64,000 bases of DNA from positions 39,417 to 103,416 of the forward strand of contig NZ_DLFW01000048.1 in NCBI RefSeq assembly GCF_002482385.1, in the 5' to 3' direction. Both the position numbers and the translations under genes were made by a program. How positions within the stretch are numbered: position 1 is the stretch's first letter; every line of letters starts with the position of its first letter. The notes beneath the pieces were generated by a model, which ran no database searches, was not told the DNA's origin, and saw nothing but the letters and a program-made list of their open reading frames with translations. This DNA comes from Dysgonomonas sp. UBA7710. Its GTDB lineage: Bacteria; Bacteroidota; Bacteroidia; Bacteroidales; Dysgonomonadaceae. Shown in pieces: positions 9,216 to 18,340 of the stretch.

Positions 9216-10319
9216 ATGAAACAAAAATTTTTATGGGGAGCAATCCTTCTTTTAAACATGTCCTTACTAGTTTTTTCGTCTTGTAGTAGTGATGACGATG
9301 ATGACAATCCAGCTAAGCCAACAGTTCAGATATTGGAATTAGGTTCCGGCCACGATTCACCTAATGACCAAACGGCCTATATAGGAACAGATGCGCATAT
9401 TGAAGCTACAATCCTGGCTGAAGGCCTGATAAAAGAAATTGAAGTGGAAATACATCAGATTGATGGTACGTATGAGTTTGGAAAAGTGTATACTGATTCC
9501 AAGTATGTGGGGAATAAAAATGCAACATTCCATGAACATCTGGACATTCCGGCGGATGCTCCGGCAGGAAAATACCATTTACACTTAGTTGTAGTGGATC
9601 AATTTGGACAAACAGCTACGGCTGAATCTGAATTAACTCTCAAAGAAGCAGAAGTGTCTATTTCTATTGACGGGCTTATTTTCGGATCTGGTCATGATTT
9701 TCCGGATGACAAAACCGGATATATCGGTACTGCTCCGGTGATAGAGGCTGCATCTATTAAAGCGGAAAAAGGGATTGACAGGATATTTGTAGAAATTCAC
9801 AGCGAAGGTGGAACTGCTGCTTTTGAATTGGATACGACTTATACCTATGCAGGTGAAACTGAACTAAAAGATTTCCATAAGCACTTACTTATACCTGATA
9901 ATACTCCTGCCGGGGATTACCACCTTCACTTCCAAGTATATGATAAAAGCGGAAAGTCTCTTGAAAAATCGATGGATATAGAAGTTAAAGAAACAGGGAT
10001 TGCTATATCCGGCTTAGAAATAGGAAGCAATAATTCAGCCGTAGCATCTAACATTCATACCGAGTTTAAAGTGAATGCAACACATCCGTTAAAATCTATT
10101 CGCGTGCGTGTCTATAAAGCAGAAACTCCAACAACTTATGTACTCAATGAAACGTATGTTGATGAATTTGCAACAGGTGATGTAAAAGAATATACTTTTC
10201 ATAAACACTTGAAGGCAACCGGAGCTGCTGTTGGAGAGTATATAATTGAAATAAGGATAAATGATGCTAAAGGTGCCAATAAAACTATAAAAGATAAACT
10301 TACTATTACAGGAGAATAA
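9216..10319 (+). CDS. surface lipoprotein with three tandem ~105-aa His-motif domains
   Basis: Signal peptide and lipobox (FSSCSSDDDDDN). Three internal repeats each carry FH[EK]HL; repeats 1 and 2 also carry PAG(K/D)YHLH. Confidence 0.6.
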   Translation: MKQKFLWGAILLLNMSLLVFSSCSSDDDDDNPAKPTVQILELGSGHDSPNDQTAYIGTDAHIEATILAEGLIKEIEVEIHQIDGTYEFGKVYTDSKYVGNKNATFHEHLDIPADAPAGKYHLHLVVVDQFGQTATAESELTLKEAEVSISIDGLIFGSGHDFPDDKTGYIGTAPVIEAASIKAEKGIDRIFVEIHSEGGTAAFELDTTYTYAGETELKDFHKHLLIPDNTPAGDYHLHFQVYDKSGKSLEKSMDIEVKETGIAISGLEIGSNNSAVASNIHTEFKVNATHPLKSIRVRVYKAETPTTYVLNETYVDEFATGDVKEYTFHKHLKATGAAVGEYIIEIRINDAKGANKTIKDKLTITGE

Positions 10320-10353
10320 TTTTGAATAAAAACTATTCGCTTAAAAAAACAGA

Positions 10354-10833
10354 ATGAATAAAAAGATTATACTATTCAGCCTTTTTTGTCTTCTTGCTAT
10401 GGCTTGTAGTAATGATGATGAAGACAGCCGGGATATGGAGAAACCTTCCATAGATATGGGCTTCAAGAATGCTTATCCACAAAATTGTGTGATTTTGTAC
10501 CGGGGGGAAAGCTTCCCTTTCAGGGCAGTATTCACAGATAATGAGGAATTGGGAAATTACAATATCGAAATTCATAATAATTTCGATCATCATTCCCATA
10601 GTACGGATGATGTAGAGTGTGATTTGGAACCAAAGAAAACTCCAGTAAAAGCATTTGTCTATAATCAGGATTTCTCGATTCCTTTAGGAAAAAATATCTT
10701 TGAAGCCGATAATGAAATTTTTATACCAGAGGATGTGGATACTGGAGATTATCATTTTATGGTTCGGCTGACAGATAAAGCCGGATGGCAACAATTAAAA
10801 GCAATAAGTTTAAAAATAAAAGACAGAAATTAA
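10354..10833 (+). CDS. lipoprotein with a single copy of the same His-motif domain
   Basis: Lipobox LAMACSNDDED, a His cluster HNNFDHHSHSTDD, and a ..DTGDYHFMVRLTDKAG.. block that parallels ..PAGDYHLHFQVYDKSG.. in the upstream protein. Confidence 0.55.
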   Translation: MNKKIILFSLFCLLAMACSNDDEDSRDMEKPSIDMGFKNAYPQNCVILYRGESFPFRAVFTDNEELGNYNIEIHNNFDHHSHSTDDVECDLEPKKTPVKAFVYNQDFSIPLGKNIFEADNEIFIPEDVDTGDYHFMVRLTDKAGWQQLKAISLKIKDRN

Positions 10834-10883
10834 ACCTTTATTTTATAATTCAGACTTCAGTATTAGAATTAATATAACAATTC

Positions 10884-10922
10884 ATATATAGCTATTTATA
10901 AGAGTTGTAAATAGCTATATAT
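10884..10922. repeat. perfect 15-bp inverted repeat (ATATATAGCTATTTA / TAAATAGCTATATAT) with a 9-nt loop
   Basis: Read directly from the sequence. It lies 50 bp after the stop of the lipoprotein gene. The stem is AT-rich, so its role as a terminator is uncertain. Confidence 0.5.
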
Positions 10923-11071
10923 GACTAATAAACCGAATGCTTAATATTCCTATTTCTTATATTCATTGATACCTAATTATCGTTATTTTAACAGGAATTA
11001 TCACAAATAATGGGGATTTAATTTAGTTTCTGTAACTTCTACCTTTGTAAGGTACTAATCATATATAAATT

Positions 11072-11905
11072 ATGAGAAAATTAGTTCCCTCCATCAGTGA
11101 TAATATAGCTGATACACTTTTCATCACTGTCTATATGAGAGCTTTAGACGCCCAACAGAAAAATCCTGTTTTGGGAGACAGTAAGAGTTTAGAATTGATG
11201 AACATGGTAGATTATCCATTTGAAAAATATTCGGGAATCAAAACAATGAGTCGTCTGGGAACCTGCGTCCGTCTGAAATATATTGACAACGAGTTGGAAA
11301 AGTTTATTTCTACTCATAAAAACACAATTGTTGTAAATATCGGTTGTGGCTTAGATGATAGATATAACCGGATAAAGAATGCATCTGAAGCAGTTTTTTA
11401 TGAATTGGATATTCCTGAATCCATTCAATTACGGCAACAGTTAATCCCTGTACGAAAGAATCAATCTTTAATATCTGGGTCTGCTTTTGAAATAGATTGG
11501 CTGGATAAATTGAAAGAAAAACACTCAGATAATCACTTTATTTTTATAGCAGAAGGTGTGTTTATGTACTTCCCGGAAGAAATGGTTAGAAATTTGCTAA
11601 CAGCTATATCAAAACGCTTTCCGGGAGCATCCATTATTTTCGACGGATTATCCGGGTATCTTAGCCGGCATTCGGATAAGCATGATACCCTGCGAAAGTC
11701 AAAAGCAATTTTTGCCTGGGGATTTGATAACAACCAGATATTTAAAGAATGGCATCCTAATTTAAAATTAGATAAGGTATTTTATATTATGCATGGTATG
11801 CGACCATATAATTTTATGGTTCGCTTGCTAAGTTATATTCCCGTTTTTGGAAAAGGATCTAAAATTGTCTCGTTGAGTGTTACTTCTGACCAGAAAAAAA
11901 ATTGA
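11072..11905 (+). CDS. class I SAM-dependent methyltransferase (LCM/TcmP-like O-methyltransferase family)
   Basis: ..VVNIGCGLDDRYNRI.. motif I and ..FIAEGVFMYFPEE.., typical of the leucine-carboxyl / polyketide O-methyltransferase-like family. Confidence 0.65.
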   Translation: MRKLVPSISDNIADTLFITVYMRALDAQQKNPVLGDSKSLELMNMVDYPFEKYSGIKTMSRLGTCVRLKYIDNELEKFISTHKNTIVVNIGCGLDDRYNRIKNASEAVFYELDIPESIQLRQQLIPVRKNQSLISGSAFEIDWLDKLKEKHSDNHFIFIAEGVFMYFPEEMVRNLLTAISKRFPGASIIFDGLSGYLSRHSDKHDTLRKSKAIFAWGFDNNQIFKEWHPNLKLDKVFYIMHGMRPYNFMVRLLSYIPVFGKGSKIVSLSVTSDQKKN

Positions 11906-12277
11906 AGTTGAAATAGTTTTTTATAAAGAATAGAATATCATGATTGTATTTCCGGAGAGAAAATATCTATTTGAATTATCATTCATGGATAAATAGGAAC
12001 AGTTAGTGAAACTCTTATATTTATGTATGTCTCTGAATAATATTTCTAAGTATTAATTGAAAAATTAAAGTGAACGCTGTATAAAAAGAAGAATCTAAAC
12101 ATGTAACCTGAACTCGCATTATTGAATTTAAAGATAAAGAGAAGATTCACAAATTATAAAGACATTATTCCTGTTTATATTTCTATGGCCAGGTAATATT
12201 GACAAACTCATATACGAATTAAATAAGCATTTTGATTAGTATTTTTCATTGCTTTTTTCTCTCATTCTCTAAAAAAT

Positions 12278-12306
12278 AAAAGGAAATGCTGAAAGCATTT
12301 CCTTTT
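12278..12306 (-). terminator. rho-independent terminator of the PepSY-like gene
   Basis: 12-bp perfect stem AAAAGGAAATGC/GCATTTCCTTTT with a 4-nt loop, followed on the minus strand by a U-run. Confidence 0.7.
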
Positions 12307-12342
12307 ATCTACTAAAATTGTCAGATGTAGATTGGGTATAAT

Positions 12343-12678
12343 TTATTCGGCAGCAGTTTCTACATATTCCTTACCTTCGTCATCCAAAATAACAACTTTA
12401 ATGCTTTCATCTGATTTTGAAGATAAAGTTACTTTAGTAAGTTTCTTATCTGCATTGTAGGCCAGAGCTGTGACATTATATGATTCTGTGTACCCTTGAA
12501 TAGCAGCTTGTACTTTCTCGTTCAAATCTTCTAACTTCACGTCCACATATCCGTCATCATTTGCTTGACTAACAGCAACGACTGCATTATTCTCAACTGA
12601 TAAACTTTGTACATTTGCAAAAGCTGATGTTCCAAAAACTATCGCAATGGCTAACATCATTAATTTCATTGTTTTCAT
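12343..12678 (-). CDS. small secreted PepSY-like (DUF2874-type) protein
   Basis: Signal peptide MKTMKLMMLAIAIVFGTSAFA, then ..KLEDLNEKVQAAIQGY..KVTL..IKVVILDDEGKEYVE, which resembles PepSY-like beta-lactamase-inhibitor-like folds. Confidence 0.5.
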   Translation of the reverse strand: MKTMKLMMLAIAIVFGTSAFANVQSLSVENNAVVAVSQANDDGYVDVKLEDLNEKVQAAIQGYTESYNVTALAYNADKKLTKVTLSSKSDESIKVVILDDEGKEYVETAAE

Positions 12679-12743
12679 GTCTCCAAATTTTTAAATTACT
12701 ATTAATAAGTATAAATGTGTAAACTTCCGTTACATTATACAAT

Positions 12744-12759
12744 TTGCAATAGGTATGCC
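12744..12759 (-). promoter_or_regulatory. sigma-54 (RpoN) -24/-12 promoter: TGGCAT-ACCTA-TTGCA
   Basis: The reverse complement of 12744-12759 matches the TGGCAC-N5-TTGCW consensus with exact GG-N10-GC spacing. The -12 element is about 67 nt upstream of the ATG at 12678. Confidence 0.6.
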
Positions 12760-12847
12760 AAAAAGACCATAAATATTCTTTGTTTTTGTAATGCTCCGTA
12801 AATCAGTGCGATATGTGAATGTTGTTAATCAGATAGCAGAAATGAAA

Positions 12848-12891
12848 CTGTGGAACTGTGGAAAATTTCCACAATTTAGACTGTGGAAAAC
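12848..12891. promoter_or_regulatory. candidate enhancer (UAS) for the NtrC-type activator: three CTGTGGAA direct repeats plus the palindrome TGTGGAAA-A-TTTCCACA
   Basis: CTGTGGAA at 12848, 12856 and 12881. An 8-1-8 perfect palindrome at 12857-12873. It is about 100-130 bp upstream of the sigma-54 -24 element. Confidence 0.45.
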
Positions 12892-12950
12892 TAAATAGAA
12901 TTATTATTTGTTCGTTTTATATATGTATAATAGAAATAAATAATAAAAGG

Positions 12951-15329
12951 ATGTCAGAAACTCCCGAAAAAAATATAAGATTCAAAGCTATATTGATATA
13001 TGTAATTGTTGCTTTTATTTGTGGCGGAATGCTTATTTATATATATAAACTAAGAGATGACATTGATGATCAAAAGAGAAGTATTTCACAGTACTATAAA
13101 GAGCTATCATTAGTCAACGAACTGATTGATTCTGTAAATGCATCGCAATCGGAAGTAAATATGTATGTGTCTACAAAGCAAATAAGGCATTATAAATCCT
13201 TCAATGAAAGCCTGAATATCGTCGAACAGCTAATGGATTCTCTTAGTCATATAAATCCATTACACAACGATAAATTACAACAAATTAATCACCTTTTGGT
13301 AAAAAAAGGGGTAATTGTTTCAAATTTGAATAAACAATTTAATAATAAAAATCCCATAGAATCAATAAATGAAATATTAAAAGAAATCGATCCTGTTATC
13401 AAAAAAGATACTGTCTTGGTCACTACAACGGTACAGGATACTATAATTTATTCGGGGCCCCAAAAAGGCTTCTGGAGGAAACTGGGGGAATTGTTTTCTT
13501 CTTCAAAAGGGGCCGATACTGTGACTTCAATTACTACAGCCAGGTTGGATACATTGACTGTGCCGAAAAACGATACACTCCATGTAGTTACAGAGGTTAC
13601 AGAAATAGCAGAACAAGCCAAAGACGACTATGTAAAAAGAATTATATCTATCGAAAAAAATCTAAGCAGCCTAATTGTAGCAGATCAGGAAATTTCTTCT
13701 GAAATCACTACATTACTAATTGGCTTGTATAACCAAACTGTTCAGGCGAGACTTGATGAAATTCAGAAAAGCGAACAACTGATACGTAATAATAATACTT
13801 ATTCTATAATAAGTAGTATCGTTTCTCTTATCTTGATTTTTATATTTATATCACTCATAATAAGTGATGTAAATAAGAGTTATAGACTGCGAAAGAATGT
13901 AGAACGGGCAAACCTGAGGATTAAGCAAATTATGGATAGTCGTCATAAATTGTTACTATCTATTTCTCATGATATTAAAACGCCTCTTAATTCTATACTA
14001 GGAACGTTAGAATTAAAAGAAACAAGCAATGGGTTTCTACATGATGAAGTGCGCACGATGAAAGATTCGGGAGAATATATCCTTGCTTTGCTAGGTAACC
14101 TATTGGAATTTTCGAGTATTGAACAAGGTACTTCGAATATATCGAATCGTATCTTTAATCTACATGCCCTATGTCAGCAGACAGTTGAAATGTTTATTCC
14201 TCTTGCAAACAAGAAGAATCTTACATTGGCCTATTCGTTTGACTTCGATAAAAATTTGATATTGTCGTCCGATTCTTTAAAAATTAAACAAATACTAATA
14301 AATATATTATCTAATTCAATTAAATATACATTAGAGGGTTTCATTCAGTTTAATGTAAAATATTCTGATTCCGGATTATATTGTACTATAGAGGATACAG
14401 GCGTAGGTATTCCTGAAAATCAAATCAAAAATATATTTCAGCCATTTAGCCGGGTTGATCAAAATTCACATTTGTCGGAAGGTTCAGGATTTGGAATGTA
14501 TGTCGTAAAAGGTTTGGTCGATTTATTTCAGGGAAATATAAAAGTTACTTCGGAAGAAGGGAAGGGAACCAGAACTGAAATATCTATTCCGGTAAGTGAA
14601 GTTTCTATAAATGAAACTTTTATTCCTAAGAGAATATTAATAGTAGACGATGATATATCTTATTTGATAATTATTCGCAATATGTTATCAGACTTAGGGC
14701 ATATACCTTCTATGTGTGGTAATATAGCAGATTTTGAAAATATAATAACAGAAATCAATCAATATGATGAGATATTGACGGATATGGAAATGGAGAATTT
14801 TAATGGAATTGATGTTTTAAACAGGATAAAATATAGTGGAATAAATATACCGGTTACAGTCGTTACGGCCCGGGAAGATATTAATAATGATGATTTTATA
14901 AGAATGGGATTTAAAGCCTATATTAAGAAACCGATTTCAACCTGTGACTTAAAGTTACTGTTCGGAGGACAAATAAAAGATGAAAGAGTAGCAGGCTTTA
15001 GTTCGCTTAATAAAATGCTGGAAGAAGATTCCGATGCATTGCATGAGGTTCTAACATCTTTTGTCGATTCTACAACAGAAAATATCGGCAAACTTAAACA
15101 GGCCGTACTCAATAGTGATTATAACATGGCTCAGTTTATTAGCCATAAAATGCAGCCGATGTTTATACAGGTCGGAGCAGTTGAGAAGTTAGATATATTG
15201 AAGAAACTGGACGCACACCGTTTAGATGGAATGTCAATGTATCCCGGATGGGAGGATGATGTACTTGAACTTATTGAATATGCGGAACAGATAATAACTG
15301 AAACTGAAAATTATTTGAAATCTCATTAA
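12951..15329 (+). CDS. hybrid sensor histidine kinase/response regulator (HisKA, HATPase, REC, Hpt)
   Basis: TM helix after MSETPEK. H-box SISHDIKTPLNSILG, N/G boxes (..NSIKYT.., GVGIPE, GSGFGMYVVKG), a receiver domain (ILIVDDD..TDMEM) and a C-terminal Hpt-like helix bundle. The alternative start at 12858 is judged less likely. Confidence 0.85.
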   Translation: MSETPEKNIRFKAILIYVIVAFICGGMLIYIYKLRDDIDDQKRSISQYYKELSLVNELIDSVNASQSEVNMYVSTKQIRHYKSFNESLNIVEQLMDSLSHINPLHNDKLQQINHLLVKKGVIVSNLNKQFNNKNPIESINEILKEIDPVIKKDTVLVTTTVQDTIIYSGPQKGFWRKLGELFSSSKGADTVTSITTARLDTLTVPKNDTLHVVTEVTEIAEQAKDDYVKRIISIEKNLSSLIVADQEISSEITTLLIGLYNQTVQARLDEIQKSEQLIRNNNTYSIISSIVSLILIFIFISLIISDVNKSYRLRKNVERANLRIKQIMDSRHKLLLSISHDIKTPLNSILGTLELKETSNGFLHDEVRTMKDSGEYILALLGNLLEFSSIEQGTSNISNRIFNLHALCQQTVEMFIPLANKKNLTLAYSFDFDKNLILSSDSLKIKQILINILSNSIKYTLEGFIQFNVKYSDSGLYCTIEDTGVGIPENQIKNIFQPFSRVDQNSHLSEGSGFGMYVVKGLVDLFQGNIKVTSEEGKGTRTEISIPVSEVSINETFIPKRILIVDDDISYLIIIRNMLSDLGHIPSMCGNIADFENIITEINQYDEILTDMEMENFNGIDVLNRIKYSGINIPVTVVTAREDINNDDFIRMGFKAYIKKPISTCDLKLLFGGQIKDERVAGFSSLNKMLEEDSDALHEVLTSFVDSTTENIGKLKQAVLNSDYNMAQFISHKMQPMFIQVGAVEKLDILKKLDAHRLDGMSMYPGWEDDVLELIEYAEQIITETENYLKSH

Positions 15330-16636
15330 ATATCCATACCATATTGATGCATTTTATTATAAAGAGTTTTTCTATCTATATTGAGTAGGTTTGCTGCTTT
15401 TGTTTTATTTCCTTTCGTTATTTTCAGGGCTTTTAGAATTTGTTCCCGTTCATCTGCCGGCAGTAAGGTTTGTTCTGGTTGTATAGGGATTTGAATAAAT
15501 TCAGGTAAGAGGTCAGGGGTAATTTCCGTTCCTTTTGCAAACAATACAGTTCTTCGTATAACATTTCTTAATTCACGTAGATTACCTGGCCAGCGATATT
15601 GTTTTAGTATGGACATACTATCTTCCGAGAATCGCTCTACATTTCGTTCCAATTCTTTGTTGGCATCAGTTAAAAAACTATTTGCAAAAAGAACGATATC
15701 CTCTTTTCGCTCGCGTAAAGGGGGAACTATTAAAGTAAACTCATTTAATCGATGATATAAATCTTCACGAAAACGCCCTTCCGAGATCGCTGTTTCTAAA
15801 TTTTCATTAGTTGCGACTATCATCCTTACATCGACTTTAATGTCGCTGGCAGAGCCTACCGGACGTATTTTTCGTTCCTGTATGGCTCTTAACAGCTGAA
15901 CTTGTACTTCGTAAGACAAGTTTCCCACTTCGTCAAGGAAAACTGTTCCTCCTCCTGCTTGTTCAAATACACCTTTCTTATCCGCAATAGCAGAGGTGAA
16001 TGATCCTTTCAGATGGCCGAATAGTTCGCTTGGCGCCAATTCTTTTGACAAGCTACCACAATCTACAGCCACAAACGGAGCTTGTTTTCTTTGGCTGTTG
16101 TCATGTATCATCCGTGCAGTATATTCCTTTCCCGTTCCGCTTTCTCCTATTATAAGTACAGACAGGTGTGTCGGTGCAACTAGTTTTATATGCTCGTACA
16201 TTTGTTTGGATAAAGTACTGTTGCCATAAACGATATTTGTTGCAGGAGGATTCTCTTTTGGTATTTTAATTGGAGTATAATTTAGAGCTTCATCTATTTT
16301 TGATCTTAGAATGTCCGGATTTATAGGCTTTTCCATATAATCGAAAGCTCCCAGTTTAATTGCTGCGACAGCACTCTGAACCTCCCCGTAGCTGGTCATG
16401 ACAATTACAGGAGTGTTTATTTTCCTCTCTCTGATCCATGTCAACAACATTATTCCATCTCCGTCAGGAAGTCTCAGGTCGGTGATAATTAACTTGAAAT
16501 CAGCCTTTAATAGATTCTTTTTAGCTTCAACCAAAGTAGATTTAACGAATGCATCAAATCCATTTTTGTTAAACCATTTCTTAAGGACGATTCCGAATGT
16601 ATTGTCATCTTCAATAATTAAAACCTTGGAAGCCAT
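15326..16636 (-). CDS. sigma-54-dependent response regulator (NtrC/Fis family)
   Basis: A REC domain (VLIIEDD..DLRLPDGDG), an AAA+ sigma-54 activation domain (GESGTGKE, ..GSFTSA.. GAFTGA-like, ..LDEVG..) and a C-terminal Fis-type HTH. It converges on the kinase gene with a 4-bp overlap. Confidence 0.9.
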   Translation of the reverse strand: MASKVLIIEDDNTFGIVLKKWFNKNGFDAFVKSTLVEAKKNLLKADFKLIITDLRLPDGDGIMLLTWIRERKINTPVIVMTSYGEVQSAVAAIKLGAFDYMEKPINPDILRSKIDEALNYTPIKIPKENPPATNIVYGNSTLSKQMYEHIKLVAPTHLSVLIIGESGTGKEYTARMIHDNSQRKQAPFVAVDCGSLSKELAPSELFGHLKGSFTSAIADKKGVFEQAGGGTVFLDEVGNLSYEVQVQLLRAIQERKIRPVGSASDIKVDVRMIVATNENLETAISEGRFREDLYHRLNEFTLIVPPLRERKEDIVLFANSFLTDANKELERNVERFSEDSMSILKQYRWPGNLRELRNVIRRTVLFAKGTEITPDLLPEFIQIPIQPEQTLLPADEREQILKALKITKGNKTKAANLLNIDRKTLYNKMHQYGMDI

Positions 16637-17050
16637 TGTTCATTATGAATTAGAGGAAAGTTTTTTCAAAATTATTTGTTTTTATTTTCAGACGAAAGGG
16701 TTTTATTCTTAATTAACACTAATAAATAAGATATGGTTAGGCTAATTGATTTTAGTAATGATTAATAAAAACAGAATATGAGTAAAAGATATTACCTACA
16801 CATTCGTTATTTTTCAAAAAAGTGATAATTAATCTATTTAAGATAATAATATTCAAAATACTATTTTTATAAGATGTTAATAAAATATAATTAATGCCGC
16901 AAAAATATATATACTGTAACATATGTGACATGTTTTTAATTTTATTTTTATAATAGATTGTTTTATAGTTATATATAAGTAATCATAAATCATTATTTTT
17001 TTATTAAAAAACCCTAACTTCTAGGTATTGTGACTCACTTATGCATCGAA

Positions 17051-17058
17051 TACCTTTG
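17051..17058 (+). promoter_or_regulatory. Bacteroidetes sigma-A -7 box (TACCTTTG) for the lipoprotein/TBDR operon
   Basis: Matches TAnnTTTG 33 nt upstream of the ATG at 17091, inside a 450-bp AT-rich intergenic region. Confidence 0.4.
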
Positions 17059-17090
17059 CAAAACATTAAATTATATTAATCAATAAACAT

Positions 17091-18263
17091 ATGAAAAATA
17101 TTAAAGTTGTACTGCTTGTTCTATGCAGTATATTATTTTTGAATTCTTGCAGTAGTGATGATGATAATGATAATAATCCGGTAATACCGACCGAAAGTAT
17201 AAAGTTGGAAGGAAAATGGATTATTAAAGAAATAAACTTCAAATCGAATGTCAAAGCGTGGAAAAGCGAGACATTCTCTGATGTGATGGATGTTTTTGGC
17301 TGGGCTCCTTATATGTTCGAAAGTGCTTCGGGTGTTGAGTTTACGAACGAGGATTACACAGATTCTCAGACACAGAAATCGGGAAAAGTATTTAAGTTAA
17401 TAACCGGCAGCTCGTATGGAGGCTCAGGAAAGGTATATTGGATATGGAACCAGAGTGAAGACGGAAAAGCGTTTGAAGTCGTTCAGTTTAATAGCCAGAT
17501 GCCTCCCTATGACTTTTCAATGTCCAAAACTTCTTCTTTAGAAGAAACTACTCTGGATGGCAAACGTGTGCTTATCTTCACAACAACATTGGTAAGTATC
17601 GATCAGGATAGAATGGATGAATCTTCAAACCCAATGACTCGTCCTAAAGTGGCAGCAACAGCAACATTCACGTTAGTGGAGACCAGCGGGGAAATAGATA
17701 CGGAAGTATCTCCCAATCTGAAATTGAATGGTGCAGCGTTTAAACTGCCGGAACAAATTGATCCTACTGTGGTAACAAAAGCAAATCTGGCAGGCACTGC
17801 ATGGATGCTGAAAATAGGATCGAAAATATATGATCCGGGATTTGCTACCCAGAATCCGGTATTGGAATTTGCTAAACTTATCACTCTCTATTTCGAAGAT
17901 GAGAGTGTACTTAAATTCAGATATTCATTTCCAATGGGTATTGTGAGTACCAAAGAAACGACTTGGCAATATGATAATACAACATACATTATAAGTTATG
18001 CAAAAGGAGAAGGAGCAATGGAAAGCTCTGTAATGAAATTTGTATGGAAAGCTTCATATCAGATAACTGACGATGTGAAATCACTCGTACTGGAATTACA
18101 AGAAGTGATAAATAATGCCGGGCAGGAAGCTGAAACCAAACTTGATCTAAGTACAGTAAGCGCTGATATTCTGAAAAGAGAATTTACTTCTGTATCTGCT
18201 GACGATGTAAGCGATAATAGTACTACTGTAAAAAAGGACAATTATACGGTTTTCACTAAATAA
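17091..18263 (+). CDS. hypothetical surface lipoprotein
   Basis: Signal peptide and lipobox (FLNSCSSDDDNDNN). No recognisable catalytic motif. Confidence 0.55.
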   Translation: MKNIKVVLLVLCSILFLNSCSSDDDNDNNPVIPTESIKLEGKWIIKEINFKSNVKAWKSETFSDVMDVFGWAPYMFESASGVEFTNEDYTDSQTQKSGKVFKLITGSSYGGSGKVYWIWNQSEDGKAFEVVQFNSQMPPYDFSMSKTSSLEETTLDGKRVLIFTTTLVSIDQDRMDESSNPMTRPKVAATATFTLVETSGEIDTEVSPNLKLNGAAFKLPEQIDPTVVTKANLAGTAWMLKIGSKIYDPGFATQNPVLEFAKLITLYFEDESVLKFRYSFPMGIVSTKETTWQYDNTTYIISYAKGEGAMESSVMKFVWKASYQITDDVKSLVLELQEVINNAGQEAETKLDLSTVSADILKREFTSVSADDVSDNSTTVKKDNYTVFTK

Positions 18264-18340
18264 TGTAGATAGTATCTAAATCAGAGTAGGGAAGGAGTAA
18301 ACGGAGAAACTCCTTCTTTTACTTTATTTATTTAAACGAG

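Noticed and set aside
12858-12950. Upstream start (MENFHNLDCGKLNR..) for the hybrid sensor kinase
   Set aside because: The extension is Cys/Ile-rich, lacks a signal or TM helix, and overlaps the TGTGGAA repeat/palindrome cluster. The ATG at 12951 directly precedes the first TM helix.
16637-17090. Sigma-54 promoter upstream of the lipoprotein/TBDR operon
   Set aside because: No TGGCA-N-TTGC element is present on either strand. Only a sigma-A-type TACCTTTG -7 box was found.
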